Of a DNA stretch of 64,000 nucleotides, positions 12,892 through 26,000 are shown piece after piece. The notes below the pieces were generated by a model. It was not told the DNA's origin. It ran no database searches and saw only the letters and a list, made by a program, of their open reading frames with translations. Made by a program: the position numbers and the translations under genes. Source of the DNA: Cyanophora paradoxa CCMP329 (Eukaryota > Plantae > Glaucophyta); NCBI GenBank assembly GCA_004431415.1, contig QPMI01000038.1, positions 186,001-250,000 of the forward strand. The letters are read 5' to 3'. Position 1 is the first letter of the stretch. Each line of letters begins with the position of its first letter.

Positions 12892-14091
12892 CTAGGAGCG
12901 GACGGCGGCGAGGAATTCGCCGCGGAGGACGCTGTCCTCCTTGAAGGACCCCAGCGTGACCGTCGTGACCGTGGATGCGCCGGTCTTCTGCACGCCCCGC
13001 ATCACCATGCACATGTGCCTGCGCGCGCGCGGGCGGGCGGGCGGTCGGGTCGGACGGCCGGTCGGCTCGGGCGGCCGGGCCGCGGAGGGTGCGGAGGGCG
13101 CGGGGCGGGCGGGAGGGCGGAGCGGGCGGGCGCACGTCGCCTCGACCATAACGGCGACGCCCTTCGGCTGCAGGACCTCCTGCACCGCCTCCGCGATCTG
13201 CTTCGTCAGGCGCTCCTGCACCTGCGCACGCGGCCCCGCGGCGGCGTCAGCGGCGGCGGGCCCCGCGACGGGGCGGGGCGGGGCGGGGCGCCCGGCGGCG
13301 GACCTGGAGCCTCCGCGCGAACATGTTGGCGATGCGCGCGAGCTTGGAGAGCCCGATGACGCGCCCGCTGGGCACGTAGGCGATGTGGACCTTCCCGTAG
13401 AAAGGAACCATGTGGTGCTGCGCGCCCCGGCGTGAGCCGCCGCCGCCGCGGGGCCGAACGCGGACCCAGAGAAGGAAACAAAAGGAAAGAGCGGCCGCCC
13501 TGCGCACCTCACACAGGCTGAAGAGGTCGATGTCTTTGACGAGCACCATCTCCTCCGCGTTCTCCTCGAAGATAGCGTTGTTCACGAGATCTGGCGTTCT
13601 GTCGATGAGAGGCTTGCGAGGCCGGCGAGACCTGGCGCGCGCGCGCACCGCTGAGGCTTTCCCGGTAGCCCGAGGTTAGGAAGGACAGCGACTCCGCGAC
13701 CCGGTGCGGCGTTCTTCGCAGGCCTGCGAGCGGGTTTAAGCTAGAGCGCTTTGGACGCAGCGAAGCCCGCCGGCGCTAGCCCCGGCGCGCACGCCCCCAC
13801 GCGCGCGCCCTCTGATCATAGGGATTTCAAGCGCGCACCCTCGCGCTCGACGTCCTCGCCGAGAGCTGTGAGCACGCTCGACATGGAGATGGCGATTGAT
13901 GCTTTGTCGGGCAGGCGGTCCCGGAGGGACATCTTGTAGGAGGGGATGGCGTCGAGGCTGGAGTTCGGGGCGGGGACTACGGGAGGGACGGGCGCTGCGT
14001 GATGGTGCGTATGGGCGTGAGCTGTGTCGTGGGTGTGCGCCTGCACCGACGCGAGAGCCGCCAGGGCCACTATGAGCAGGGCGACCTTCAT
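12892..14091 (-). CDS. GCH1: GTP cyclohydrolase I with N-terminal signal peptide and His-rich linker (6 exons)
   Basis: Spliced: [112 protein letters not shown]. Hallmark FolE motifs and Zn ligands (CEHH, HxC) are intact. Confidence 0.97.
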
Positions 14092-14277
14092 CACCGCGCG
14101 GCGCGCGGGCGCTGCGTTCGGGCACGATCGACGCGCTTCGTGTGCTGGCTCGGATGCAGGCAGCGGAACTAGCCTCGTCGCGCGCGGCTACAGTTTTTTT
14201 GCTGCGCTGGTGCAGTACCCCTCGGATTCGTTCGCAGTTGCGAAAATGCCACGCGAAAAATTGAGTGAATTCGATCA

Positions 14278-14601
14278 ATGTTGCAAAAAACTCGCAGCGA
14301 AGATGCTATGTACAAGTACAGACGGGAGTGGGCAACCGCACGATTCGCAGCTAACGCTAGTGAAATGAATGAACAACGAAAGCTTGATGATGAAGCAGCG
14401 AAGGGCTGGCCCGTGTCCACGAGGCCGTGGGGGGGCGGGCATGAAAGCGACGGAAGCGATATCGAAGTCGATGGAGCGGACGCAATGGATAGATGGGCGG
14501 GAGCGGCGGCAGGAGCGCAGCTTGCGATCGAAATCGCGGGGTGCCAGCAAAGGCCCCGCCGGGCGATCAGGAGGGGTACGCGGAGGGCCGGGGGCGCATG
14601 A
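14278..14601 (+). CDS. Possible small hypothetical protein divergent from GCH1
   Basis: 107-aa ORF (MLQKTRSEDAMYKYRREW..) in the slot expected from strand alternation; no motif recognised. Confidence 0.2.
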   Translation: MLQKTRSEDAMYKYRREWATARFAANASEMNEQRKLDDEAAKGWPVSTRPWGGGHESDGSDIEVDGADAMDRWAGAAAGAQLAIEIAGCQQRPRRAIRRGTRRAGGA

Positions 14602-17178
14602 GCCTCTCCTCCAGGAAGACGTGTACCCCCGGATGGGACGCCTGCAGCTGGCCGGGGCGTGAGGCGGGGAGGGCAGAAGGCGGACCGGAGGCCGGGGGCG
14701 CGGGGGTACCTCCTTCAGGGCGACCCGGGCGGGGTGCGACGTCGGCGGGCTCAGGTGAAGCCGCTGCCGCAGAAGATGTCAGAGCGATCAAATCAGATCA
14801 GATCAGATCAAATCGGAGCGGACGGACGGAGAGGGGCGCCCCCGCGGCGAGGGCGACGCGGACGGCGACGAGGGTGGCGGAGGAGAGGCGCGGGCAGGCG
14901 GCCGCCCCCAGCTCCTCCAGCCGCGGCGCGATCGCCAGCAGCCGCTGTACCCCCGCGTCCCCCAGCGCGTTCCCGCCCACCTGCATGCTCGAAGTTAGAA
15001 AGAGAGAAGGAGAAAGATGGATGGGTTAAGGGGCACGCGCGTGGATGCGGCGGAGGGAGGGGCAGCGGACGGCGAGGGCGAGGACGGCCTCCTCGGGGAG
15101 GCGGCAGGCGGAGAGATCCAGAGAGGCGAGGCGGTGCAGGGCGGCCCGGAGGGGCGGGAGGGAGGCCGCGTCGAGGGCGGGGCAGAAGGAGAGGTCCAGG
15201 GACTCCAGCGCCCCCCCGAAGGCCCGCAGCGCGGTCAGGCGCGGGTTGTGGCGGAGGCTCAGGGTGGCCAGGCCCGGCGGGAGGGGGCCGAGGTCCAGGT
15301 CCCCGGCCAGGCGGCACGAGGCGAGCGAGAGGGAGGCCAGGCCGTAGCAGCGCGCCAGCACCGCCCGCACCGCGTCGTGCGAGAGCGCTGCGGGGGTACA
15401 GCCGGCGCTCGTTGGGGGGTACGCGTGCGGGGAGGGATGGCCGGGTACGGTGCGGCGCACGGGCGGCGGTCTGGGAGAGGACGAGGGTCCGGAGGTCCGG
15501 GCAGTGGGCCGCCAGGTGCCTTTCGGGAGGGGTAATGAGATGGTGGGGGGAGGGGGAAGAAGGCAGAGGGGGGTACGGGCGGACAGGAGGAGGTCGTCGT
15601 CGACGTCGCCGGCGCGCGTGAGGCGGAGGCACTGCAGCCGCGCGCCCGCCGCCCGCGCCACGCCCCCGCTCGTGAAGTACGGCATGTCTGGGGGGGTACG
15701 CAATCGGCGGAGTGGGGGCGGGGGGAAGAAGCGGGAGGGGGGTACCGAGGAGGGAGAGCTCGTGGAGGTCGGGGCAGCGGTCGCCGACGGCGGCGAGGGC
15801 GTCGTCGGTCATGTCGGGGCAGAAGCTGCGCGGGGGAGGCGAAGGGAAGCACGGGCCGAGCGGGGGGCGCGGGGCGGGGCGCTCGAGAGCCGCGGCGAGG
15901 AGCGGCGGGCAGGCAGGCAAGCGGGCAAGCGGGCGAGCGGGCGGGCGGCCGGGCGGGCGAATGCAGCGGGCGGCAAGCGGGCGGGCGGGCGGCGGGGAGG
16001 CGGCGGGCTTAGCATCTACGTTGGGCAGCAACGGGCCGGCGCCTCAGGCGCACCTCAGGCGGAGGATGCGGAGGGAGGGGGGGAGCGACCGCAGCGCTGC
16101 GGGCCGAGGAGGGGTCAGCTGCAGCGCGGCAGCAAGGGAGGCCGGGGCCGCGTCCGGATTCGAACCGGGGGCGACGGGCGTGATGTGCTCGAGGTCGAGG
16201 GCGATCAAATTGGGGAGGGCGGCGAGGAGGGGCCCCAGGGACGCCGGCGAGACGCGCTCGCAGGAGGAGAGGGAGAGCGCGGTGAGGAGCGGCCGCGGCT
16301 TGGCGGCGAGCACGGCCAGCGACGAGTCGATGAGGCCCGAGCAGGCGGCCAGGCGCACGGTCGTGACGCCCCGCTCCCCGGCCCGCCGCAGCGTCAGCCG
16401 CCACTCCTGCCCCGCGGATCGAATTCATATAGACTCTAAGTTCGAATCAATTCTCCTCGCACCTCGGGGGTTAGGCAGCGCACGGCGCTCGTCTCGTCGA
16501 CGACCAGCGTCGAGCGGGCGGCGCTGGCGGTCGCGTCGCCGGCAGAGGAGCGGCGGTGCGGCACGAACGGCGCGTCGCTGCCGGAGCTGGAGTCCTTTCC
16601 CAGCTGCGTGATCGCGCTCACCTGCGCCCCGCCCCGCGCGGTGAGAAGGATTCCGAAACCAGGTTCAAATCTGGGTCCGGGCTAGGCACCAGCTGCTTGC
16701 AGGCTGCGCGACGGGCGTGAGGCACAATCAGATGCGCACTGCAAATTATAAGAAACCACTCACCGTAGGAGACGCCGCGCCACATGCTGCCCGCATCCGA
16801 GCCGCGGCGCGAACGCTCGGTCGGCTCCGCTTCTGCCGCGGGGAGCGCCGCGGGCGCGGGCGCGGGAGCCGGGAACGTAACGGAGCGAGGCATTGCACGC
16901 CGCTGAACGGGAGCGCTGCCGCTCCGCGGAAGTGGTTTTGCGGGCGTCAATTCGAGCGCCACCTCGCCGCCGGGAGGAGGGCGCGGCAGCGACATTCTCT
17001 CTATGTATCCCTGAGCCTTGCACGGCTGTACCGGCGGGAGGCTGGGCTGCTGGACCTCGACGACGCTTGCGGCAGCGCTGCGGCCTTTCTGCGAGCCGCC
17101 CGCCTCGATCTCAAGCGCGGGGAGCTCGAGCGACGCGTGGCGCTTCGTGAGGGAGGCCATCGGGCGGTAGGCGGGCAT
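14567..17178 (-). CDS. Leucine-rich repeat (FBXL/AMN1-like) protein, multi-exon
   Basis: Cys-containing LRRs: LAACSGLIDSSLAVL, LSLSSCERVS, SFCPDMTDDALAAVGDRCPDLHELSL, LESLDLSFCPAL, LDLSACRL, LGAAACPRLS. Last exon ..VFLEERLMRPRPSAYPS*. Start codon uncertain. Confidence 0.8.
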
Positions 17179-17282
17179 CGCTGGCCGCGAGGAGCTGCTG
17201 AAGTGGTTGGCCCTGCGTACCCCCACGGCGACCTCCGCAAAGCTTGCTGCCGCGTTGGCAGCGGCGCTGCTGGATTAAAGCC

Positions 17283-19214
17283 ATGTTAGGGACGGTGTGG
17301 AATCAGATACGCTCTGCAGCGAGCGCCTGGGAGGCGACCTTCGACGCGGGGAAACCACCAGCCTCGCCGTCGCAAGCGGCGCAGGAGGAGGGTTACTCGC
17401 TGCTCCCTGAGAACACATGCGTGGTGGATTCGCCCCAGATCCTGTTTGACGAGCTGCCGCTGCCGGGCGACCCCGAAGCCCTGCTCAACTCCCTGCTCCT
17501 CGAGGGCGACGCCCCGCCGCCTCTGCAGGCGGCTTCTGCGGATGGGAGCGCGCGCTCCTCGTTCGACAGCGTCGCAAGCAGCAGCGCCTCGCACGTCTCT
17601 TCGCATGAGGACGGGTTGGCCAGCTCGGCGCTGATCCAGCAGCTCCTGGTGCCTGCAGAGGAGCTGGTAAATGAGCTGCATCCCGCAGCAGCAACGGCGG
17701 TCGCTGCGGCCGGCGCGAGCGGCGGCCCCACGCCAACCGCGCCGCGCTCTCCCCAGCTGCAACCGCAGCAGCCGCCAAAGCAGGCGCCGGCGCCGGGCGC
17801 TGTCCCCGTCGTGCTTCCGGGCGCCACGCCCTTCGCAGTCCCCAGGGCCGCGCCCGTCGCGCCCGGGGCGGTCCCCTTCCGCCCGCCGATCGGACACCTC
17901 CCGCTCCCCGCCTCCGCGGCGGCGCCCTGCCCCTCCGGGGGCCAGCGGCCCATCAAGCCCCGGCCCGACGGCCGCACCTCGCCATGCATCCCCATGGACC
18001 TGAGCCCGGCGACGCCCGTCCCCGCCACCCCACCCCCGCCTTCCCCGCCCACGCCGCCTCCGCCGGCCCCGCCTCCGCCCCCGCCCCGCCCGTCCCGCTG
18101 CTCTTCCCGCCGCCGCCGCCGCCGGCGACGTTCGTGCACGGCTTCGCCCTGGATCCCGAGCGGGCGCGAAAGGAGCAGCGGCTGATGAAGAACCGGGAGG
18201 CGGCGGCCGTCTCGCGGCAGCGGAAGCGGGCGCACCAAGAGGAGCTCCAGGAAGAGGTGGCCGCCCTTCGCGCCGAGTGCGCCGCCGAGCACGAGCGCTG
18301 CGCCGTCCTCGAGGCCGAGAACCGCATGCTCAAGGGGCAGGCGCGCCCCCCGCACGCGTACCCCCGAGACGCCCCTTCCCCCTCCTCTGAGACGCACCCC
18401 CCAGGTCTCGTTTCTGCAGGGGCTGCTGGCGCAGGTCCACGGCCGGCCCGGGGGCGCCCCGGGGGCCCCGGGCGCCTTCGCGGGGGGCCCCGCCTCCCTC
18501 GAGGCCCCCGGCATCCCCGTGAGCGTACCCCCCGAGGCCGGCGGCAACGTCTCCCGTACCGCCACCCTCCTGCTGGTACCCCCCTCCTTTCTCCTTCCCG
18601 CTCCCGTACCCCCGCCCACTCCCCCCCCCTCAGGTCGTCTTCTGTTGCGCGGTGTACTTCCACCCGAGCCACGTCGGGCCCGGCGGCATCTACGGCGTAC
18701 CCCCCCTGCCCTTCGAGCGGGCCGGCGGCCCCGCCGCGTTCCTGGAGGCTTCGTGCGCGCCGCCCCTCGCCCCTCCCGAGAGCCCCCGAAGCCTCACACG
18801 GGGCGCGCAGGGCGCAGGGCGCCGGGCGCGTCCTCCTCTCTGCGCCAGCGTCGGACGGGGCGGCCGGCCTCTCCCCCGCCGAGCCGCCGCCCCCGCCGCC
18901 GCCGCTGGTGCCGCCGCCCTTGCCCTCGCCCTCGCTTGGGGAGCTGGAGGGGGCGTGGGCGGCGCGCTCGGGCTGCGCCCTCCTCCTCGTCGCGGGGGCC
19001 CTCCTCTGGCTCTCCGCCCGCCGCCTCCTCAAGGGTCCGCTGCCTGGCCCCGCTCGCTCCGCTGTGCCCTGCCCGTGGCCCCTCTGAGCTGGCTGGCGCA
19101 GGGGCGCTGCTGCGGGTGTGGATGGGGGTGTACGTCCTCAAGTGCCGCACCCTCGCCCTCACGTTCTTCGGCCGCCGCGCAGCCGCCCTGCCCCAGTGGG
19201 GCAAGGCCCAGTAG
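17283..19214 (+). CDS. Membrane-tethered bZIP transcription factor (ATF6/CREB3/bZIP28-like)
   Basis: Basic region RKEQRLMKNREAAAVSRQRKR plus zipper (L..L..LEAENRMLKGQVSFLQGLL). TM segment RTATLLLVVFCCAVYF, then RVLL, then second hydrophobic segment CALLLVAGALLWLS. One frame change near 18080. Confidence 0.88.
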
Positions 19215-19875
19215 CCGCCGCCCCGGCCCGCTTCCCGGCCGGCGCCCGGCCTTCCCAGGTCTTCCCTCCCCGTCGCCGCCGGGCCGGGCCCCGGCTCGGC
19301 CCAGCCCTAGAGGCCTCTTAGGCTTGTTAACGTTGCAATTACCGTCACCTCTCTGCACACCCCGGGGCCCGGCCGCGGGGCCCCTCTATAGCCAGATCTA
19401 GCATTGAAATCATGAATTAGCTCTCCCGGCCAGCCGCGGCGGGGGCGGCCCCCTGGCCCACCGCCGGGCACCAGTACCCCTCAAGGGCGGCGGACCTACA
19501 CGGGTACCAGTAGCTCTAGGCCTACCTCGATGGAAGCCTCCGAATCGATATCCGAGCCGCCGATCCTCAGGGCCTATCGGCCGGGGTACCGCGCGGGCGG
19601 CGCCGGCGCCGGCGCGGTGCGCGCGCGCGCGCGGCCGACGCCGGCCCTACGGCCGCCGATCGCGATCGCGGAGTTGCAAGTCTGATCGCGAGTGTTTTTT
19701 CTCGGATCGGACTCCGACCCGTACTCCGGGATCCGGAGACCGGAAGTCCGATCGAGGCTCCTCGAGCTCGCAACCGCTCCGAGGCTCTCAGGAGTCTCAG
19801 CTGCAACGGCTGTCACTGCCTGTCAGCCCGCTGCATGAGCAGCAAGTTGCCAGCAACGTTAACAGCAACCGTTGA

Positions 19876-19920
19876 ACAGCAGCAGCAGCAGCAACAGCAG
19901 CAGCCCTGCAGCAGCTGCAG
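19876..19920. repeat. Imperfect (CAG)n microsatellite
   Basis: cagcagcagcagcagcaacagcagcagc in the spacer between convergent genes. Confidence 0.7.
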
Positions 19921-20868
19921 GTGCTGAACAGCAAGGCTAGGTTGCCAGTTGAAGGCTTCAAGGCTCAGCGATGTCGCAGCAGTACACGTGCCACACAGCC
20001 TCCACCTGCAGCAGCTCCAGCGCCGTCAGATCCTCCCCCAGTCAGCCTGCCACGAGGGTCATCGATATCAGCACGTGCGTATACGTACCGGGATCGCTCC
20101 GAGGCTCAGCCGCGCGCGTTTTCGAATTCGCTGGCGCGGTTCGCGTACGCGTTTATCACCGCTGAATCTCTGGCCCGGGCGGCAGTTGCAAGACCCTGAA
20201 CGCCAACGCCACCCACTACGTAACATACCCTACCCAGGGCGGCACCTGCACCGCGCTCCCCCACCTCGACGACGAGTCCCAGGTCGGGACCCGACTCAGA
20301 TCCATAATTTGTCCGACGTCGACCGCCTCCGACCCGATGCCCCCGCAGCTGGTGGAGGAGGACTTTGCGGCGGAGGCGGAGCTGGACGCCGCCGAGCTGG
20401 ACGCCGCCGCCGACCTCGCCAAGATGGTGCCCCCGTGGCCGGCCGCGGATAATCAGTCATTTCTGCTGTGCATGCCCCTTCCCGATCGCGAGTCGCAGGT
20501 GGAGGCTGAGCTCCTCGCCGCTGATGCATAGGCATATGCGTGACGTCGACGGCCGGCGCCATTGGCCCAGCGCCGTCACGCGTACGGCGTGGACGTCCGC
20601 GCTGGCGACCGGGGCCCATGGCCAGGCCTAGGCACGGCGGTCCCGGCGCGGCGCCAGGCGCGGCCCCGCCGGCCCCGATCGAGCTCTCTCTCTCTCTCTC
20701 TGTTGTAATTAAACTTGAATTTGAAATTTAGCACATTTAGCGACAAGGCGCCGGCCGCGGCAGGCAAACTGAACGCGTAAGCGACGTCGGCGAGGAATGA
20801 CGATGGTGCGCAGGGTTGAAATACGAATACTTAGTATGCAAGTAGACTAGACTGGACACTAAGCCTCA

Positions 20869-22969
20869 CTACGTAAAGCACATCGATCCGAGAGGCGCAG
20901 CACTGACTTCGAAGGCGGCCGGCGCCGACGAGGACGGGCGCCGCGCCTGCCTCAGCCGCCGACGGTGACGTTGCCGCCGCTGGACAGGACGAGGGAGGCG
21001 CCGCCGGCGACGCGGATGCGGGCGGGGTTGGGCAGGCGCAGGCGGATGGCGTGGACGCCGTCGTCCGCGACGTAGAAGGCCACGTCCTGCTGCGCGTCCA
21101 GCAGGAGCCCGTCCGGGAAGCCCGTCGGGAGCGCCGCCCCGGAGGGCGCCGCCGCCAGCAGCAGGCTCGTCACCTCCACTGCGAGAGGGCGGGAGTGAGG
21201 GGAGGGGCGCGGGGGGGGGGGGGGGGGGGGGGGGAGGGCGGGGGGGGGCAACTCGAAGCGCACGTGTGTTCATGTCGATCTTGCGGATGTAGTTGTTGCC
21301 GTTGACGACGTAGACCGTATGCGAGAAGGAATTGTAGGCGATGGCGCCCGACATGTGCGTGAAACGCCTGCGGGGCGCCGGGGGTCGGGCCGAGAGGCCG
21401 CGGGCGGCGTCCGCGACCCTCGCGCGACACGCACGCGTTCGTGCCGAAGCCGTCGACCCTCGCGGCGCTGTTCGCCACGCCCGCCACGGTCGTGACCGCC
21501 TCTGAAGCGAGTGTCGAGGGCAGCGCCGCGAGCGCCGCGGCGGGGGCGGGGGCGGGGCCGGGGCGCGGGCGCCGGCGCACTGGTGACGGGGTTGAACTTG
21601 CGGAGGACGGTCGCGTCCAGGGGGCTGCCGGCGGCGCCGGCGAGGTCGGGGAAGAGCAGCTCGCCCGTCCGCAGCGCCACCGGCTTGTACGCCTCTGCGC
21701 CGTCGGCCTCTGTGAGGGGCGGGGCGGGCGCGCACGGGCGGGCGGGAGACGGGGCGCACCTATGAGGGCGCTGGTGCCGACGCCGTCGGCGGCGGTCGAG
21801 GCGACGCCGTACTGCCCGGCCTCCACCGCCAGCACGCCGTCTGCGGCCCGCGGTGAGCCGTGGCGGGGGCGGGGCGGGGCGGGGGCGCACCGGAAAGGCG
21901 AATGGAGAGGAGCTGTCCGCCGTTGGCGGCGAGCACGAAGAGCACCCGCTCGTCGGGCGAGAGGGTCTGGCCGGCCGGCGCGTGAGGGGCGCGGCGGGGC
22001 GGAGAGGGAGGGCAGGCCGGCGGCGCGGGGTTGCGCGCGCGCCGTCCAGTAGGGGTAGTGGATGGGCGAAGAGAGGGCCTGTCCCGCGACGGCGGCCGCC
22101 CCGACCATGTTGCCGCCGATTGTCGTCACGGTCCGCGTCGCGACCTCGATGCGCCGCACCAGGTTGTTGACTGGGGCCCCGAGCCCAGCGCGTCAGCGGG
22201 CGGTATGAAGGCTGTGGCACGTATGCGCACTGTAGTCGGCTGCGCAGGGCGGGCGGGTGAGCAGCAGAGGGGGGCGGGGAAGTGGCGCGGCTGCTGCGCG
22301 CGGGGCGCGCACCGACGTAGGCGTAGCGGCAGGCGGAGTCGAGGGCGACGCCGGAGGGGTCTTCGAACCTCGCCGCCGTCCCTGCGCCGCGCGCCTCACC
22401 CGTGAGCGCGCGCGCGCGCGCGCGGCGGCTCGCGCGCACCGACGCCGTCCACGAAGCCGACGTCGACCCCGAAGCCCGAGGTGCCGGCCGGGCTCGCCGT
22501 GGAACCGGCGAGCACCTCCAGGGTCCCTTGCAACGGTCCCCAGTCTGTGCGCCGTCCGGTCGGCCCCAGCATCGGCGCACGGGCGGAGCGGGGCGGCCGC
22601 TCACAGTAGAACCGCAGGATCGCGTTGAAGCGTGGAAGGAGCATCCAGGATTCGTCGGCGCAGATGGCTCCGTAGCCGGAGAGGTAGTCGCCATAGGTCG
22701 CGTCCCCGAAGTTCAGCCCTGGGAGAATTTGGGTCGCGCCTTCTGGCTCCAGGGGCACGACGCGCTGTAACGCCGCTGCCGATGCTATGCAGATAGTCAG
22801 CAGCAAGAAGCAAAGCGCTCCGCGCCCCTCCTTGAGCCGGCGCGCTCGGCCCGGCGCTTTTCCTACTTGTGACGTGGCTTCTGAACAACTTTAACGCTAG
22901 CTGCCACGCACCCGCGAGCGCCAGGACGATCGCAAACGCCGATAGGAGGCTTGTATGCCTCCTCGCCAT
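20869..22969 (-). CDS. Secreted NHL-repeat (beta-propeller) protein, many exons
   Basis: Signal MARRHTSLLSAFAIVLALAG. NHL units GFVDGVGTAARFEDPSGVALD..YAYVADY..NNLVRRIEVATRTVTTIGG, ADGVGTSA, VTTVAGVANSAARVDGFGTNA..AIAY..VYVVNGNNYIRKID. Confidence 0.88.
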
Positions 22970-23092
22970 GCTGGAGCTCTGGCAAAGCGGGGAGGTAACT
23001 TCGCTGGGCCGATCAGGCAATCTCCTCGGGGCTTTACAGAGTTCGAGCACGCAGAGCGCAACCTTAAGCTTCCTGCAGCCGATGCTTATGCT

Positions 23093-26000
23093 ATGTGCGC
23101 CGATGGTATGCCACAGTTGTGCTGGCTGGGAGCCGAGGTCAAGGACGGGAAAGGGTCGGATGAGGGGGTACACTCTGATAACCCGATGCAACCGTCGGCC
23201 GGCTGGGGCCCGCCGCCCTCGCGGCGGGGCCCGCCGCCAGAGACATGGGGCCAGTGGACACGTAGAAGCTGGGCCGACTTCGATCCGCTCAACAACGTGA
23301 TGATCAAGCACAGCCGCCGTCGATTCTGGCTCGGCTGGTCGGCTGCGATCACACTCGCGTTTGGTACGTGTAATATAGATGGTTTCGAAGTCATAGCTAG
23401 CGTTTTCGCTGCCCGCCGAGCCCCCGAAAAGCCCAGCTTCGCTTCCGGCGCGAAATCCCGAGACGTGTTCTCGCGGGCGGGGATCTTGAACCGACGCCCC
23501 TTTCGCAGCGCTCACAGAGATCGGCATCTTTGGAGACCTGTTCAAAGAGCTGGCGTGGTTCGGGCTGCCGTCCTTCTTCGCCATCGTCTACATCATCTCG
23601 CCGGCCGTCGCCGCCTTCGCGCTGCACGTCCTCCTCGAGGTCTTCTTCTTCAACGGCAGCGAGTACCGACGCGTTATGGTCCGCCGCCCCGCGCCGCCCT
23701 TGACCCCGGTCGGGCGAGCCCTTGAGCGGGCCGCGACGAGCAGAGCATGACGATCGGCTGGGTGGTCGTGCCCCTCGCGTGGGTGCTCCTCGGTGTAGGC
23801 TCGAAGCTCAGCAACCAGCGCGAGTGGTGCGCCCGCGCGCGCCGGCCGCCCCCGGGCGGCCCGCGCCCCCGCGCCCGTCCCTCCCCGACCGGGGCCGCCG
23901 CCGCAGGTACGCGGACACGCTGTCGAGCATCGGGGCGCCGGCGGACACCGTCCTGCAGCTGCGCAACAGCCCGAACGTCGACCGCCTCGTCGTCTTCGCC
24001 ATCCTCGAGGCCATCTTCGCCGTGCGCGCGCGGCCCCGGAGGGACCTCGCGGCTCTCGAAGCTTAGCCTCTGGAGCCTCCTGGAGCTAGTCTAGAGCCCT
24101 CTGGATCCTTTGTTAGAGACGGCCACCGGCTTCCGGCCCGCCTCTGGCCTGCCTCACCGGCCCGCCCCCCGCCCCGGCGCGCAGACGATCACTTTTGGCA
24201 TCGTGTGCCGCTACAAGACGATCCCGCGGCCGGCGGGGCCCCGCCCTGGAGATGGCTACGCCATGCCGCCTGGGAACACGGAGGGGGCGTACCCCCCGCA
24301 GCTGGGCCCGCAGCAGCCGCTGCTGGCGGCGCCGGAGACGTCGCGGACGCCGGTGCCGCCGGGGGTGCCGGCAGGGGCGGCCCCCGGCGGCCCCGACGAG
24401 TTCCAGCGCTTCCTCGCCATGTACCGCATGATGAAGGCCATGGAGGGCGGGCCCGCCCCCGCCGCCGCCTTCCCCGCCGCCTCGGTCCCCGCCTCCCCGG
24501 CCCCCGCCGCCGCCCCGCGCCCGCGCCGGCGCCGCCGTCGCCGACGCGCGCGGAGCCGGCGGCGGCGGCGGGGGCGGGGGGCGCGGGCGAGCAGCTGGCG
24601 CAGCTGCTGGGGGCGGAGAACCCGCTCGCTCTGCGGCACCTGAAGGAGGCGATGCGCATCCTCGACGCGAGCGGCCCCGCCGCCTCCCGCTCCGCCTCCG
24701 CCGCGCACCCGCAGCCGCAGCCGCAGCTAATCGCGAGCCCGCCGCCCGTGCACTACGACGGCGCCGCCTCGCTCCGCTCCCGCCCCGGCAGCCCGACGCT
24801 CCCGTACCCCTCCTCCTCGTCAGCGTACCCCTCGGACCGCCCGCTCTCGCCGCGGCGCACGCCCGGCGGGGCGCTCTACTCGCCGCAGGGCGGGCGGCCC
24901 TCGTCGCCGCCGCTGAGCAACGCCTTCCACGTGCAGTACCGCGTGGGAGCGGCCCTCGTGGACTCCCAGCCGCCCCCGGAGCTCTTCCAGGAGCTGTACG
25001 CCGGCAAGATCCCCGCCGCGGGGCCGCCCCCGGCCCTCGGCTCCCACCAGCAGCACGACCCGTCCGGCTCGGGCCAGTTTTTTCGGGGGGCCCCCGCCCT
25101 TCAGGAGGAGCCCTATCGCGCCCCGCTCCGCGCGGAGGGGGTCGTGATCCGCGCTACTCCTGAGCGGCGGGGGCGCTTTGTCCCCCCCGCCGGCCGCCCC
25201 TTCCGGGCCCTGCCCGAGCAGGCGGCCGCCGGCCCCGCGCCCGCGCCCCCGGCGAGCGTCCCCTCCACGCGCGTCGGCTCCCCCCGCAAGTTCCGCGTAT
25301 CCCCCGCCAAGTCCCTGGACCTGCCCCGGCCCTCCCCGTCCCCCGCCCCCGCCCCGCCCCCGCCCCGGCCCGGCGCGCCTCTCCGCCGGCGCCTCCGGCG
25401 CTTCCCCGGCCCCCGCCTCCCCCGCCCCGCGTGACGGCTGGTCGCCGGCCTCGACCTCGGCCCGCCCGACCTCGTTCCGGGCGACGCCGGCCCCGACAGC
25501 AGCGGCCGCCGCGCCGTCCCCGCCCACGCCCCGCGGCCCCGCCCCGGAGGCGCCCGCGCGGCCCTCGCCGCGCGCCGCTCGCCGGCGGCGCTCGAGAGGG
25601 CGGCCCTCCCCGCCGCGCCGCGGGCGGGCACGCGCCCCGCGTCCCCCGCGAAGCAGCGGGCGCCTCGGCGGGCCCGAGGCGGGCGAGGGCGTGCCGGCGG
25701 CGACGGTGGACAACCTGCGGGCGGCGATCCGGGACCTGCTCGACGGGACCTCCGGAGCCCTCCGCCGCGCCCGCCGCCGCCGCTCCGGCGGCGGCCTCGA
25801 CACCTCGGCCGGCTCCGGCTCCCGCCCGCGGCCCGCCGCGCGGCCTCCCTCTCGCCCCCGGCGCGCCCCGCCCGCCCGGCGGCGGCGGTGTCGCGGGGTC
25901 TGGGGCGCGGGCGGCGGGCACCGGACGGGGCGGCGATACCTGCTCTCGTCGGACGAGGAGAGCGAGGGCGAGGGCGCCGGCGAGGCGCGGCCGCGGTTCA

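Noticed and set aside
20337-20531. 64-aa acidic ORF (MPPQLVEEDFAAEAELD..)
   Set aside because: Too short, with no motif or supporting exon structure; could be a decayed fragment.
21211-21249. Poly-G tracts here and at 40785-40812 as special elements
   Set aside because: They lie in introns that are generally C-rich on the sense strand, and homopolymer length is unreliable.
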